From an uncultured Deferribacteres bacterium (GTDB lineage: Bacteria > Zhuqueibacterota > Zhuqueibacteria > Zhuqueibacterales > Geothermadaptataceae), in NCBI GenBank assembly GCA_964014485.1, contig CAXHAT010000002.1, positions 32,001 to 96,000 of the forward strand: a DNA stretch of 64,000 nucleotides. Reading direction: 5' to 3'. The notes below the pieces were generated by a model that searched no databases, was not told where the DNA came from, and saw only the letters and a program-made list of their open reading frames with translations. Position numbers and translations under genes: made by a program. Each line of letters begins with the position of its first letter. Position 1 is the stretch's first letter. Shown here in pieces: positions 8,778 through 20,318 of this stretch.

Positions 8778-10796
8778 TTATTTTACCTTCACCACGACAA
8801 ACGTCACGTCATCTTCTTGGGCGCGTCCGTCCGCCCACTCTTCTCCGGCCAGGCACAATGCGTTCACAATTTCTTCGGGGGAATTCGAGCCAATGACCGA
8901 GAGCAAATCCTTCACCCTATGTTCACCGTATAGTTGGTTCTGGTGATTGAACATTTCCGGGAGTCCGTCGCTCATAAAAAGCACTGTGTCGCCAGATTCA
9001 AGACTAAGTTTTTTCCCCTGGTAAGGGAAATCGTCAAACCCGCCTAACGGCATTCCTTTCAATTCGATCTCTTCGACGGCGCCTGTTTTTGAGCGGTAAA
9101 CCAGGGGGTAGGGCATTCCTGCGGCGGCAATGTGAATTTCCTTGCCGCGAAATTTGGCGACGGTCAGCGCCATAAACATCCTGTGCAAGCCCATGCTTTT
9201 CAGCGCTTTTGTCCCGCGTTTCAAAATCCGCACAGGCTCCGGGTCGTCTGCGACGGCGGTGAACAAGCCTTTCGTCGCGGAAACCATGGCGCCGGCTTGC
9301 ATTCCATGGCCGGTTGCGTCGCCAATGGCCGCCGTCAAGGCGCCGTCGTCATGCAATTTAAAATCGTAATAGTCGCCGCCAACTTCCGTCGCCGGGCGCA
9401 TGTATACGGCGATTTCAAGTTCAGGCAAAACGGGAACGGCGCTCGGAAGCATTGATTGCTGGATTCTTCGCGCTTCCTCAAGTTCTTGCGACTTTCGTGC
9501 GTTTTCTGCTTCCAGACGCGCGCGCTCAAGCTCTTGCTGCAAATTTTCTTCGGACAATTTTTTGACTTCGACGAGCTTGGTTTCGAGACGGCGGTTAGTC
9601 ATGGCAAAGTGGCGCGCCAGAAAAAAAGACATGGCGATCATGAAACCGAGCATTCCGTAGTACGGCGTTGGAAAATCGACAAAGCTCCAATGCATGGTCA
9701 GCACGCCAAATGCGCCTAAAATATTGTAAAGCGCTCCAACGACGAGAAACATGGCTCCCGCGCCGATAATCCAACCGCCTTCGATCTGTTTTTGCCGCCC
9801 GCGCATGGAAATAAAAGAGCGGGCGATCTCAATGATGACAATGAGCATAAACAGAAAAAGCGGTTGGTCTACAGCGAAAGGCCGGAGCCAGGTCCAAACG
9901 GCAAGCGCGGCGCTGATGATTGAAAATGCAAAGAACTGGCGCGGCAGCTTCGCGTAATTCACCGCGTACATGAAGCGCAAGCAGGCGAGTGTAAAGAAAA
10001 TAAACGAGGTCTGCGCAAGTCTTTTCGACAGCAGCAATGTCGCCGGGTCGCCGGTCAAGTTCAGTTGAAATTCAAAGAATATGTTGACCGCCGCCAAAAC
10101 GGTGATGAAGGCGTAATACAAATTGGCGCGCATCCGGGCGTAGAAGACGTAGAGCAGGCCGTGCAAGAGCGCGAACGCCAGACAGATGCTCATAAGCGCA
10201 AACTGATTGGTCGTCACTTTTCTCACAAATGCGTTTTGCAGCGCATTCATTTCCGCCAAATCTCCTGCCTGAAAAGTAACGCTCGGGCGGAATCCAGTCC
10301 AGGCCGGCGCCTTGAAGGAAGTTTTCTGATAGTGTATGGCTAAAACATGGCGGGAGGTTGAAAGGGACGAGTTTGCATCTCGTTCAAATGAAAGTGCGGT
10401 GAGCATTCTTAACGACGCTGCGCGATTGCTCTGCATCGAGCCGTCTGAATCGCGCTCAGATTCGCCGAATTTTCCAACAAATCGGCCATCTAACCAGACT
10501 TCGGCGACGCCGCGAAGTGTAAGCAAAAGCCCTTGTTGGATGGCCACTGAATCAGAACGAAGCGTAAAAGTGTGGCGAAACCAGCTTTTTTCTTTTAGCG
10601 CGCTGTGCGGAAAAACGCCGCTCGCCAGCCTCGGCCAGGCGTCGTCGTCAAAATCGGGATTCATCCACCCTGCCGGGGCGTCGCTGCCTGTGTAGTAGGC
10701 GTATTCATTAAAAAACGATATTTCCTGAATATTCTCGGCAGAAGGATAGACTCCCGCTAAAGATTGGGCAAGCAGAATTAAAAGCGGCACTTTCAT
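8778..10796 (-). CDS. SpoIIE/PP2C (RsbU-like) phosphatase with extracytoplasmic carbohydrate-binding-like domain and 7TM region
   Basis: Signal peptide, WMNPDFDDDAW..WFRHTF sugar-binding-like segment, about 7 hydrophobic helices, a coiled coil, then VGGDYYDF, GDATGHG, SDGLPE and EDDVT. Confidence 0.9.
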   Translation of the reverse strand: MKVPLLILLAQSLAGVYPSAENIQEISFFNEYAYYTGSDAPAGWMNPDFDDDAWPRLASGVFPHSALKEKSWFRHTFTLRSDSVAIQQGLLLTLRGVAEVWLDGRFVGKFGESERDSDGSMQSNRAASLRMLTALSFERDANSSLSTSRHVLAIHYQKTSFKAPAWTGFRPSVTFQAGDLAEMNALQNAFVRKVTTNQFALMSICLAFALLHGLLYVFYARMRANLYYAFITVLAAVNIFFEFQLNLTGDPATLLLSKRLAQTSFIFFTLACLRFMYAVNYAKLPRQFFAFSIISAALAVWTWLRPFAVDQPLFLFMLIVIIEIARSFISMRGRQKQIEGGWIIGAGAMFLVVGALYNILGAFGVLTMHWSFVDFPTPYYGMLGFMIAMSFFLARHFAMTNRRLETKLVEVKKLSEENLQQELERARLEAENARKSQELEEARRIQQSMLPSAVPVLPELEIAVYMRPATEVGGDYYDFKLHDDGALTAAIGDATGHGMQAGAMVSATKGLFTAVADDPEPVRILKRGTKALKSMGLHRMFMALTVAKFRGKEIHIAAAGMPYPLVYRSKTGAVEEIELKGMPLGGFDDFPYQGKKLSLESGDTVLFMSDGLPEMFNHQNQLYGEHRVKDLLSVIGSNSPEEIVNALCLAGEEWADGRAQEDDVTFVVVKVK

Positions 10797-10942
10797 AGAA
10801 TCAGGTTATCAGGAAATTGGCGTCACTTGCGAAACAGGCGGAATCAACGTTTTGATAATTGTCATCCAAAAAAAAGATTAACCCGGACTCCGCGTCATAA
10901 GTTTCAGACAACCTGAAGACAATCAAGGTTTATTTCTCAAAT

Positions 10943-12841
10943 TCATCGCGGTTGAATGACGGAAAATCGCTGAGAGCGCTCGTTGGTCTGCCCTGAGATT
11001 TTATCCGTCAACGTCAAGGTCAGCATGTAATACCCTCGCGCTAAATTCAGAATACTTATTCCCAGCGGTTCTTTGGCGGTTTCGCCGGCGCTGCTAAGAT
11101 CGAAGGTGCTGGTAATTGCTTCTTCGTCAATCGAAGGGCGACCGGCTTCGTCGGTTCGGGAGACTTTTATATTGACTTCGTACTGCGATTCGCCTTGCTT
11201 GTCTACACTGAGGTGATAAGCTTCGAAATAAATTTGCAGCGGCTCGATATTCATAAACCGTTCGCCCGGGAGTACGGGGAAAGGAAATTGCGAGTAATCC
11301 ACGCCGGCGGGGTATGCCGTGCCAACGATAATATCGCTCAACTCCAGCGAATCCGGATTCATGGAAAGCGGTTCTCTTTTTCTAAGCTCCGCTTTTCCGG
11401 CTGCAAACACGTGACTTTGCGGCAAACCGTCGACTCTGGGCGATGACTTGGCGGAGACCGCTTCAGCGGAAATTGTGTAATGAACGGTTTTGTCAATATC
11501 CTTGATGATGAAAATAGCTACGTTCTCAACGCCTTCTATAACGCCCGCTTTTTCTCGGTCAACCTCGTCGAGTCTTTCATCACGAGCAATGATCGTATGT
11601 TCAATGGAGAATTCCGGCACTTTGATCGCTTTTTTGTCAATGATTTCAACTTCGCCGGGCTTAAACTTGGGGTAGGAAAAAGCGAAAACCGCGAGCTTGG
11701 GTTGGTTGTTCTCATCCAGAAAACGCCCTTGACGCGTGCGAACGGTGATGCGCGAAAAATTCTGTTCATAGTCGGACTTTTCGGGGACGGCGTACTTCGT
11801 TGCCGGGTCAAATTCGTCCACCGTTGAAAATTGCAGACGCGTGTCTTTCAGCTTGTTGACGTTCGGCCCGCGGCTTTGGCTCCATTCATTGTTCAATTCG
11901 CCGTATCGCCGATCAAAAAACGTATCCATCACCCGAAGTTCATTGTAATACATAAGCTGCAAATAATAACCGGCGGGAATGCCTGTGTGTCGATTTGCCG
12001 AGCCGCCAAAAACGCGTTGCGGAATCAAGTCTTCAACGCCGTTGAGCAAAGCCCAGGCGCCATGACCGTCTCTGGGGCCAAACAGAAAAACTCCAGAGCC
12101 GCCCGGAGCCAGGTTTTCGTAGACCCAAAGTTCGTAATCCGGGTGTTCGTCAAAACGGGCGATGTCGGCGCGAATCGCCGGATCTCTAACCAAGCGTACA
12201 AGCTCGCTACGGTTCAGCCCCATGGTGCCGCTTTTGGTTCGGTGCGGCTTACCATATTTGACATAAATTTCAGCGCGAGGGTCTGCGAGATAGGGCAGGC
12301 GAACGTTATTTCTGTACTCCTTTCTCGCGTAAATTATGCGTTCCCAATGTTCGATAAGGCGCTCGTTTCCTTGGGTCGTCGGCGTCGGGTCGCGCAGCAG
12401 CCAGAAGGTCTTTATTTTTTCGTACAGCTCTGGATAATTTTCTTCTTTTTCCAGCTTCTGCCATTCTTTCCGCGCCTTGGTTTGCAGCAACGGGTACAGC
12501 CGAAGCAATTCGAGCTTGAACTCCCGGGCGGATTCTTCGGGATCGATTTTCGAAAATCCCCAGACATACAAGGTTGAAGCGGTGCCGAAATATTTGAACG
12601 CCTTTTTTGAAACGGCAAGTTCAATGAACCCGACTCCGATCCGGGGGTCGGAAAGACCTTCCATATCCAATGCGTTATAGCCGCGCCACCAGGTTTGCAG
12701 CGCTTTTTCCCAAGCCGGGGTATTGAGAAACACCTTCCCTTCTTCGTAATAGTCGCGATCTTGCGCGTGTGACGGCGGAGCGATGAACGCCGTCGAAATC
12801 AGGCATGTTAAAATGAAAGAAAACGCTGTCTGCTTATTCAT
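10943..12841 (-). CDS. GWxTD-domain-like exported protein
   Basis: Signal peptide; FWLLRDPTPTTQGNERLIEHWERIIYA...DPRAEIYVKYGKP...ELWVY; beta-rich C-terminus (LELSDI, IYFEAYHL, GYYMLTLTLTD). Confidence 0.8.
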   Translation of the reverse strand: MNKQTAFSFILTCLISTAFIAPPSHAQDRDYYEEGKVFLNTPAWEKALQTWWRGYNALDMEGLSDPRIGVGFIELAVSKKAFKYFGTASTLYVWGFSKIDPEESAREFKLELLRLYPLLQTKARKEWQKLEKEENYPELYEKIKTFWLLRDPTPTTQGNERLIEHWERIIYARKEYRNNVRLPYLADPRAEIYVKYGKPHRTKSGTMGLNRSELVRLVRDPAIRADIARFDEHPDYELWVYENLAPGGSGVFLFGPRDGHGAWALLNGVEDLIPQRVFGGSANRHTGIPAGYYLQLMYYNELRVMDTFFDRRYGELNNEWSQSRGPNVNKLKDTRLQFSTVDEFDPATKYAVPEKSDYEQNFSRITVRTRQGRFLDENNQPKLAVFAFSYPKFKPGEVEIIDKKAIKVPEFSIEHTIIARDERLDEVDREKAGVIEGVENVAIFIIKDIDKTVHYTISAEAVSAKSSPRVDGLPQSHVFAAGKAELRKREPLSMNPDSLELSDIIVGTAYPAGVDYSQFPFPVLPGERFMNIEPLQIYFEAYHLSVDKQGESQYEVNIKVSRTDEAGRPSIDEEAITSTFDLSSAGETAKEPLGISILNLARGYYMLTLTLTDKISGQTNERSQRFSVIQPR

Positions 12842-12927
12842 ATTTTCGCCGATTTTCTGTTGAAACGTTTATTTTCGAAGACGCTTTTGTGACGGAACGC
12901 GTCAGTCTTTTTTCCTGAGAAAAAGAA

Positions 12928-13397
12928 TTCACTGCCTGACACTTTTTGTGTGGGCTTATGAATCTGACAAAAAACTCGGAATTGTCATAATGGAGGCGAC
13001 TTTTGAACTGATGTCACGCACGGCAATGAACGTCCTGAATCTTAGGGGAAATCTCATCTCATTAGCGCCGGGCTTCAGCCCGGTGACATGCAAAACGCCC
13101 ATGATCTTCTCTTCCGCCGCGCCAGCGCGGCGGAAGAAAAGGGAGAGCTATCCCAAATATTCTCCGCTCTGAAGAGCGGAGCTAATGAGAATCAAAAGTT
13201 GCCTGCAGGTTTTTGGTCGCGAGTACCAAACAACGCGTGCGAAACATCAGTTTTTAAATTTAATTCTCGCACGTTGAAATATTCTATGCCAGATGATAAC
13301 AAATATCTTGCTTCGCTGGCCTTCGGCTATGCAGAATGACAAAACGAGACTTTTCGCTGGTTCAAAATTGCAGTTCAAAAAAGTGTCAGGTAGCGAA
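12928..13397. mobile_element. Non-coding composite of nested inverted repeats (MITE/REP-like)
   Basis: Outer IR TTCACTGCCTGACACTTTTT (12928-12947) vs AAAAAGTGTCAGGTAGCGAA (13378-13397), 18/20 match. It encloses an inner GTCAT...ATGAC-type element and a REPIN-like core. Confidence 0.6.
13058..13189 (-). repeat. REPIN-like palindromic element, copy 2 (inverted relative to copy 1)
   Basis: CTCATTAGCGCCGGGCTTCAGCCCGGTG ... CTTCCGCCGCGCCAGCGCGGCGGAAG ... CTCCGCTCTGAAGAGCGGAGCTAATGAG. Confidence 0.85.
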
Positions 13398-13613
13398 AAA
13401 GAAAGTAGATTATTTGCAAAATCCAATAAGGCCGAAACAAGACGTCGTGCGTTGAACGCTTCTCATTGATTTTTTGAAGTTCTCGATTTAAATACGCCTA
13501 TTGCTCATCAAAGCGCTTCAACCCGCCTGCTTCCGGTTCAGTTTCCGTAAAAAACAGAAAGTTTGCGTATATCAATGATAATCTTCTCTTGATCAATCTC
13601 CCGGAAATATAGC

Positions 13614-16600
13614 ATGCGTCCCTGTTTTCGAAAAGCTTTAACGCCAAAGACCGTTTTGCGTTCGATTAGCCTTTTGTTGCTTCTTGCGCTGAAGACGTAC
13701 GCTAATCCCGGAATTCGGTTCGAACACCTCTCAATCGACGACGGATTGTCTCAGAATTCCGTCTATTCCATTTTGCAAGACTCCAAGGGCTTCATGTGGT
13801 TCGGCACGCTGGACGGTTTGAACAAGTTCGACGGCTATAACTTCACGGTTTTTAAGCATAACGGTTCTGATTCCGCTTCCATTGCCAATAACTACATTTA
13901 CACCATTTTCGAGGACGACTCTGGGTATATTTGGGCGGGCACTCGCGGCGGCTTGAGCAGATTCGACCCGGCCACGGAGCGCTTCAAAAATTACCGGCAT
14001 GACCCCAAAGATCCGCACAGCCTAAGCAACAATCTTGTGCTTGCAATCACGGAGTTCTCTGATGAAGGAAAATCTGAACTTTGGATCGGCACTTACGGCG
14101 GCGGACTGAATCGGTTTGATCCTGAGACGGAGAAATTTTCGCACTATCGACACGACCCGAATGAAAAAAGCTCTCTCAAAAGCAATTTCGTTCGTTCGCT
14201 GCATATTTCAGAATATTCCGGAGAGGAAATTCTTTGGGTGGGAACGGCGGGCGGATTAGACAATACGAAGCTAGGGGCGGAACATACACAAAATAGAAAA
14301 TTCACTCATTTCCTTCACGACCCCAACGACCCGAAAACAATTAGCAGCAATAACATCTGGGAAATCTACGAAGACAGCCGGAAAAGGCTATGGCTCGCGA
14401 CATTGGGCGGCGGCGCGAATCGGCTGACTTTTGCGCACGATCTAAGTCCCCACGCGTCGACGCCGACGCCCGAATCGGCGGAGGTTGCGCGTTTTTCGAC
14501 AAGCACCAGCCGGGCGACTCTCTCTGCGGGAGAGATCATTCAAACCATTACAGAAGATCGATCCGGGAATATCTGGTTTGGCGGCAAAGAGGGGTTGTAC
14601 AAAATTTCAGGCGAGGCCAATGATCTTGCCCAGGTCGTTCATATGCGTTACAGCCCTTTTCAGCTCGGCGGTCTGAGCGGCGGCGACGTCACCTCGGTCT
14701 ATGAAGACGAATTTGGCACGCTTTGGGTCGGCACTTCCGAAGGCGGGATTAACAAATATAGCAAGGAGAGTCAGCGTTTTAGACGATTCTCTCACAACCC
14801 GTTTGACGCGAACAGCCTTGGGCGAAATATGGTGCTGTCTTTCGGCGAGACCGTGCAAAACGGCGGTCGAGCCTTGTGGGTTGGCACGGAAAACGGCGGG
14901 CTCTACGAGTTTATTGAAAGCGAAAATCGGTTCGTCTCATATGTGCCGCAAGGGCGCTTTTCAGACGCCTTTGAAAGAAAAACGATCAACGCTCTTCTTG
15001 GAACAACAGCGGACAAAACTTCAACCCTGTGGGTTGGTGCGGCGGACGGCCTTTTTCGTATTCAATCAACGCAAGAAGATGAACGTTTGCAATTCCTGGT
15101 TGTTGTCCCGGGCTCTGAAAACCGCAGCATTCGCGTCATTTGCGAAGACCCGTTCGATCCCGGGGGCGCCGTTTGGGTTGGGACGGAAAGCGCCGGTCTG
15201 CACAAGCTGGACAGTCGGTCGGGCGCTTCTCTTGAATCGTATTTTTCGGAAGATTTGTCCGTTCCGTCGAAAAGAATTTTTGCTATGCACCCGGACAAGC
15301 GCAGCGGCGAGGAAGGGTTTTGGATCGGCGCCTTCGACGGACTCTACAAAGTCGACATTAAAACGGGGGCCTTCTCAAGGTTCCTGGCAAACGGGGATTC
15401 CGTTTCATTAAGCAGCAACGTCATTTATTCCATCAGCGTTGATGATTCCGGGACGCTCTGGGTCGGCACGGATCGAGGGCTCAACAAATCCACGGACGGA
15501 GGCAAGACTTTCAAACAGTTTTTTGTCCGCGACGGCCTGCCGAACAACGTGATTTACGGCGTGCAGGCGGACGACAACGGGTTCCTGTGGCTGAGCACAA
15601 ACAAAGGAATCGCAAAGTACGACCCGAAATCCAAAGCCTTTGAACGCTATGACGTTTTCGACGGCCTGCAGAGCAATGAATTTAATTTTGGTGCTTCCTT
15701 CAAAAGCGGAAACGGTGATCTTTATTTCGGCGGCATTCGCGGATTTAACGTTTTTTCCCCAAACGACATTGTCGCCGAAAATCCGCATCCGCCGAAAGTC
15801 GTCCTGACCTCGTTCACGATCATGAACGACGTTATCTCCCCTGGCAAAACCTACAAAGACAGAATGCTGCTTGAGAAATCCATTTCCGAAACGGAAGAGA
15901 TAACGCTCTCACATGCAGATTTGTCCGTAGAGTTTGAATTTACCGCGCTGCATTATGTCAATCCGCGTCAGAATGTTTATGCTTACAAAATGGAAGGCTT
16001 CGAGGATCAGTGGCACAACGCCGGACAGCGCCGCATGGCGCAATATACAAACCTGCCTCCTGGAAATTTCACTTTTCGCGTGAGGGCGGCCAACAGCGAC
16101 GGCGTTTGGAATAATGATGGCGCTGCTCTCAAAATTCATGTTACGCCGCCTTTTTGGAAAACGACCTGGTTTTTATTTGCCGCGGTACTGACCGGCGTCT
16201 TGATCGTTTACAGTTTTATTCGTTACAGAACCGGGTTGTTGCGAATTCGCACCAGGGAATTGCAAGACATGGTGCGGTTGAGGACAACTGAAATCTCCAA
16301 GGCGAACTCTGATCTTCAAAACGAAGTCCTCCGGCGCAGGCAGATCGAAGAAGCTTTGATTAGAGCAAAAGAATCGGCGGAAGCGGCGGATCACGCCAAG
16401 AGTGAATTTCTTGCAAACATGAGCCACGAAATCCGCACGCCCCTAAACGGCGTCATCGGTATGAACACGCTGCTCCTCGACGCCGGTCTTGACAAGACGC
16501 AGCGCGGATATGCTCAAGTCATCCAAACCAGCGCCAAATCATTGCAACGCGTGATCAGCGACATCCTGGATTTTTCGAAAATTGAGGCCGGTAAACTCAA

Positions 16601-17546
16601 ACTTGAGAACATTAATTTTCAGCCAAAAACCGCCATCCGCGACGTGCATCAGATTCTGAGTTTCCAAGCTGAAGGAAAAAACGTTGATTTTTCGGCGCAG
16701 GTCGATCCTCAAATCCCAGAGACTGTTTACGGTGATCCGGAACGGCTCAAACAGATACTCCTGAACCTTACGCAAAACTCAATCAAGTTTACGCAAGAAG
16801 GCGCTGTCCGGCTCAGGGCTGATTTAGAAAAAATTACCGATACGGAAGCGCTCATACGGTTTTCCGTTTCGGATACGGGCGTAGGCATTCCCCAGGATCG
16901 GCTTGATGACCTGTTTCAACCGTTTGCGCAATTAGACACGTCCACTACTCGGAAATTCGGCGGGACCGGGCTTGGGTTAAGCATTGTAAGGCAGCTTGTC
17001 GATTTGATGGGCGGGGGAATTGAAGCGGAAAGCGAGGAAGGCAAAGGCTCGCGGTTTCGGGTGACTATTCCTTTTGCAACGCATCGAGACGAGTTTAAGG
17101 AAAACGGCTCTGATTTGCTGAGAGGCGAAGGCTTTGCTCCGCGCACTGGAGATGCGTCTCATTCCGCGACTCATCTTTTGCTCGTCGAAGACGACGTTAC
17201 CAACCAGGCGGTGGCGTCGCTCATTTTGCAAAAGCTGGGTTACCAGGTGAACATTGCTTCGAACGGCAAAGAAGCGCTCGAATTTTTGAAAAACGAAAGC
17301 TGCGATCTGGTGCTGATGGATGTGCAGATGCCGGAAATGGACGGCTTTGAAACGACGCAAATTATTCGCGACCCGAATTCTGAAGTCAAGAATCATGAGA
17401 TTCCGATCATTGCGATGACGGCGCATTCAATGGAAGGCGACCAATTGCGCTGTCTCGCCGTCGGTATGAATGACTACGTCTCGAAGCCGTTCGAGCCCGA
17501 AGTATTACACCAAACTATTCAGAAGTATGCAAAGGCCGAAGCATGA
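13614..17546 (+). CDS. Hybrid sensor kinase: Reg_prop beta-propellers + Y_Y_Y + TM + HisKA + HATPase + REC
   Basis: [35 protein letters not shown] repeats, [53 protein letters not shown] and YVSKP. Confidence 0.95.
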   Translation: MRPCFRKALTPKTVLRSISLLLLLALKTYANPGIRFEHLSIDDGLSQNSVYSILQDSKGFMWFGTLDGLNKFDGYNFTVFKHNGSDSASIANNYIYTIFEDDSGYIWAGTRGGLSRFDPATERFKNYRHDPKDPHSLSNNLVLAITEFSDEGKSELWIGTYGGGLNRFDPETEKFSHYRHDPNEKSSLKSNFVRSLHISEYSGEEILWVGTAGGLDNTKLGAEHTQNRKFTHFLHDPNDPKTISSNNIWEIYEDSRKRLWLATLGGGANRLTFAHDLSPHASTPTPESAEVARFSTSTSRATLSAGEIIQTITEDRSGNIWFGGKEGLYKISGEANDLAQVVHMRYSPFQLGGLSGGDVTSVYEDEFGTLWVGTSEGGINKYSKESQRFRRFSHNPFDANSLGRNMVLSFGETVQNGGRALWVGTENGGLYEFIESENRFVSYVPQGRFSDAFERKTINALLGTTADKTSTLWVGAADGLFRIQSTQEDERLQFLVVVPGSENRSIRVICEDPFDPGGAVWVGTESAGLHKLDSRSGASLESYFSEDLSVPSKRIFAMHPDKRSGEEGFWIGAFDGLYKVDIKTGAFSRFLANGDSVSLSSNVIYSISVDDSGTLWVGTDRGLNKSTDGGKTFKQFFVRDGLPNNVIYGVQADDNGFLWLSTNKGIAKYDPKSKAFERYDVFDGLQSNEFNFGASFKSGNGDLYFGGIRGFNVFSPNDIVAENPHPPKVVLTSFTIMNDVISPGKTYKDRMLLEKSISETEEITLSHADLSVEFEFTALHYVNPRQNVYAYKMEGFEDQWHNAGQRRMAQYTNLPPGNFTFRVRAANSDGVWNNDGAALKIHVTPPFWKTTWFLFAAVLTGVLIVYSFIRYRTGLLRIRTRELQDMVRLRTTEISKANSDLQNEVLRRRQIEEALIRAKESAEAADHAKSEFLANMSHEIRTPLNGVIGMNTLLLDAGLDKTQRGYAQVIQTSAKSLQRVISDILDFSKIEAGKLKLENINFQPKTAIRDVHQILSFQAEGKNVDFSAQVDPQIPETVYGDPERLKQILLNLTQNSIKFTQEGAVRLRADLEKITDTEALIRFSVSDTGVGIPQDRLDDLFQPFAQLDTSTTRKFGGTGLGLSIVRQLVDLMGGGIEAESEEGKGSRFRVTIPFATHRDEFKENGSDLLRGEGFAPRTGDASHSATHLLLVEDDVTNQAVASLILQKLGYQVNIASNGKEALEFLKNESCDLVLMDVQMPEMDGFETTQIIRDPNSEVKNHEIPIIAMTAHSMEGDQLRCLAVGMNDYVSKPFEPEVLHQTIQKYAKAEA

Positions 17547-18331
17547 GTCTTTTGACAATCGTCTGCATTGTCGCGATATTTACAACGCTTCTTTTGGCTA
17601 TTCTATGCGGCATGCTTCGTTCGCGCCTGAAATTTTCTCGCGAGCAGTTGGCGCAACTTGAGCGTCAAGCGGCGACGACGAGCGAAATTGCCGGAGAAGT
17701 TGCTGATGATCAACTCAAAAATCTCCTCCACCGTGTAAAAAACGATCTGCAGGTGATATCAAGCTTGCTCAACTTGCAAATAGATCATACTATTGATCGT
17801 GAAGCGCAGCGTCAACTTAAGACGGTTAGTTTGAGAATTCGATGCGTTTCATTGCTGTATGAACAATTGCATGGCGTCGACCAGAAGTTTCAAATTGGAT
17901 TTGCAGAGTATGCAAATCGGCTCGTAGACCATGTGGTTCAAGCCCATCCGGACGCTGTGGGGCGCATAGGCGTCAACATTTCCGTTGCAAGCGTCACATG
18001 TAATTTGCAAACCGCGGTTTCATGCGGACTGATTCTATCTGAACTGATTGAGAACGCTTTGACGCACGCCTTCCCGGAAGATCGCTCAGGGAAGATTAAC
18101 GTCGTTCTCAGGCAGAAAAACCCGTCATCGGGGGCGATTTTAGAAGCGTCTCAAAACACTTTGATTGTCAGAGACAACGGCGTCGGTCTGGATTCCGAGT
18201 TTGATCCGGGACAATCTGAAAACTTTGGAATGCAGTTAGTTGCAGCACTTGTGCGACAACTAAAAGGGGAATTCAGGCATTACTCTGACAACGGCGCGAT
18301 TTTTGAAATTACTTTTCCGAGAAGCCGATAA
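17543..18331 (+). CDS. HisKA_2-type histidine kinase with single N-terminal TM and no obvious sensor domain
   Basis: LLHRVKNDLQVISSLLNLQ, GLILSELIENALTHAF, VRDNGVG and GMQLV; ATGA overlap with the upstream gene. Confidence 0.9.
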   Translation: MSLLTIVCIVAIFTTLLLAILCGMLRSRLKFSREQLAQLERQAATTSEIAGEVADDQLKNLLHRVKNDLQVISSLLNLQIDHTIDREAQRQLKTVSLRIRCVSLLYEQLHGVDQKFQIGFAEYANRLVDHVVQAHPDAVGRIGVNISVASVTCNLQTAVSCGLILSELIENALTHAFPEDRSGKINVVLRQKNPSSGAILEASQNTLIVRDNGVGLDSEFDPGQSENFGMQLVAALVRQLKGEFRHYSDNGAIFEITFPRSR

Positions 18332-18371
18332 AACGCAGGAACGCCGGGCTAGCCGGCAGAGCTGGAGCATT

Positions 18372-20318
18372 ATGACAACGCCGACAATTCTTATCGCAGA
18401 AGACGAAACTATCGTCGCGCTAGATATTCGCAAAACCGTTGAGAAGCTGGGGTACCCGGTTGTGAATATTGTTTCTACTGGCGAGCAAGCGATCAATTCT
18501 GCGGTAGATCTTCAGCCAGACCTTGCTTTGATGGACATTATGCTGGAAGGCGAGATTGACGGCGTTGCGGCGGCTGAGAAGATCCAGAGAGACGTCGGCG
18601 TGCCCGTTGTTTTTTTAACGGCGTTCTCCGACGATGCGACTCTGGAGCGTGCGAAAGTTGCAAATCCTTATGGATTTCTGATCAAGCCGTTCAGTAAACG
18701 TGAGCTCAAATCAATCATTGAGATCGCGCTGTACAAGCACAAAATGCAAACGGAGGTTGAAGACCACAAACGTTGGTTGACAACAATTCTGCAAAATATT
18801 GGCGAGGCCGTCATCGCCGTCGATTCGGAAAAAAAGATTCGGTTTATCAATCCTGTTGCCGCGAAAAACATTGGCATTGCCAGACAAAAAGCGTTGGGTT
18901 GCGATCTTGACGAAGTATTGAAAACTTTTGACCCGAAAAGCGGCGACCCGGTCAAGTTTACCCCGGCGTCTTTTACAAAAGATAACGCGATTGCTTTCGA
19001 CAACCTTTTGTTGAAAGCAATAGACGGCGGCGGCTCTCCCATCGAATATTCCGCGACTGCGATCAAGAATAAATTAGGGCGATTTGACGGCTGCGTTATC
19101 GTCTTTCAGGATATTTCAAACCGCTTGCGCGAGGAAGAAAGACGACAAAAGATGGAAGCGCAGCTCCAGATTTCTCAAAAAATGGAAAGCCTCGGCGCAC
19201 TTGCCGGAGGCGTGGCCCATGATTTCAATAATCTCCTCACGGGAATCCTGGGCAACGTCGGCCTCGCCCAACTTGATCTAACCGACCAATCTCCGATTCA
19301 AGATACGATAGAACAAATTGAGAACGCCGCCCTGCGCGCCGCGGAATTGTGCAAACAAATGTTGGCGTATGCAGGTCGGAGTCAATTCGCCATCGAGCCG
19401 GTCAGTCTCAATGACGTTATCCGGGAAATGAGCCCCTTGCTCCGCGTCTCGGTCTCGAAAAAAGCAATGATCAAATATCGATTGTCAGACAGTGTTCCAG
19501 CTATCGAGGCCGACGCGGCGCAACTACGACAAGTCATTATGAATCTGGCAATTAACGCCGCCGACGCCATCAGCGGCAATAAAGGGGAGATAGAAATCAG
19601 CACTGGCGCCGCGTTCTGCGAAAAGGATGATCTAAGGGAAAATATCCTGGGCGACAAAAGCCTTCCGGGAGAATATGTTTTTCTGGAAATAAAAGACTCC
19701 GGGCAAGGCATGCATCCTTCCGTTCAGGAGAGAATTTTTGAACCGTTTTTTACCACAAAGTTTCTTGGACGCGGGCTTGGGTTGGCTGCGGTTTTAGGCA
19801 TTATTCGCGGACATCGGGGCATGATTCACATTCATTCTCAACAAGATGTCGGGACAACTTTCAAAATATTCTTGCCGCAAGCGCATAATGAACAGATTAA
19901 GCAGGCTCCGAGAGTTGAAGAATTTGGCGAGTGGCGGGATTCCGGGACGGTTTTGATCGTTGACGATGAAGAAGCTGCGCTCAATGTTGGACGCAAAATT
20001 CTTGAACGCATTGGCTATGAAACGCTGATTGCCGAGAACGGGCGAGACGCCGTCGAGGTTTTTAAGGAGCGGAAAGGCGAGGTTAAGCTCGTTCTCCTGG
20101 ACGTCACCATGCCGATCATGAACGGCGGGGAGACTTTGGAAGCCCTGCGAGAAATTCGAGACGACGTAAAAGTGATTCTCTCAAGCGGTTATCACGAGCA
20201 GGCGGCAACGGAAAAAATTGATGTTGAAAAGCTTGCCGGATTTATTCACAAGCCGTACCTGCCCATGCAAATGATCTCAAAGGTGCGAGACGTGATGATG
20301 AAAAGTTCGCAGTTATAA
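18372..20318 (+). CDS. Hybrid histidine kinase REC-PAS-HisKA-HATPase-REC
   Basis: ILIAEDE..ALMDIML; PAS segment (EAVIAVD..FINPVA); QKMESLGALAGGVAHDFNNLL; EPFFTTKFLGRGLGL; C-terminal VLLDVTMP. ATG at 18372 follows GGAG. Confidence 0.93.
   Translation: MTTPTILIAEDETIVALDIRKTVEKLGYPVVNIVSTGEQAINSAVDLQPDLALMDIMLEGEIDGVAAAEKIQRDVGVPVVFLTAFSDDATLERAKVANPYGFLIKPFSKRELKSIIEIALYKHKMQTEVEDHKRWLTTILQNIGEAVIAVDSEKKIRFINPVAAKNIGIARQKALGCDLDEVLKTFDPKSGDPVKFTPASFTKDNAIAFDNLLLKAIDGGGSPIEYSATAIKNKLGRFDGCVIVFQDISNRLREEERRQKMEAQLQISQKMESLGALAGGVAHDFNNLLTGILGNVGLAQLDLTDQSPIQDTIEQIENAALRAAELCKQMLAYAGRSQFAIEPVSLNDVIREMSPLLRVSVSKKAMIKYRLSDSVPAIEADAAQLRQVIMNLAINAADAISGNKGEIEISTGAAFCEKDDLRENILGDKSLPGEYVFLEIKDSGQGMHPSVQERIFEPFFTTKFLGRGLGLAAVLGIIRGHRGMIHIHSQQDVGTTFKIFLPQAHNEQIKQAPRVEEFGEWRDSGTVLIVDDEEAALNVGRKILERIGYETLIAENGRDAVEVFKERKGEVKLVLLDVTMPIMNGGETLEALREIRDDVKVILSSGYHEQAATEKIDVEKLAGFIHKPYLPMQMISKVRDVMMKSSQL

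Noticed and set aside
12948..13339. Small ORFs 12948-13172 and 13088-13339 (also 6481-6861 and 34161-34352)
   Set aside because: They run through the palindromic repeat elements or lie antisense to real genes, with no protein-like signal.
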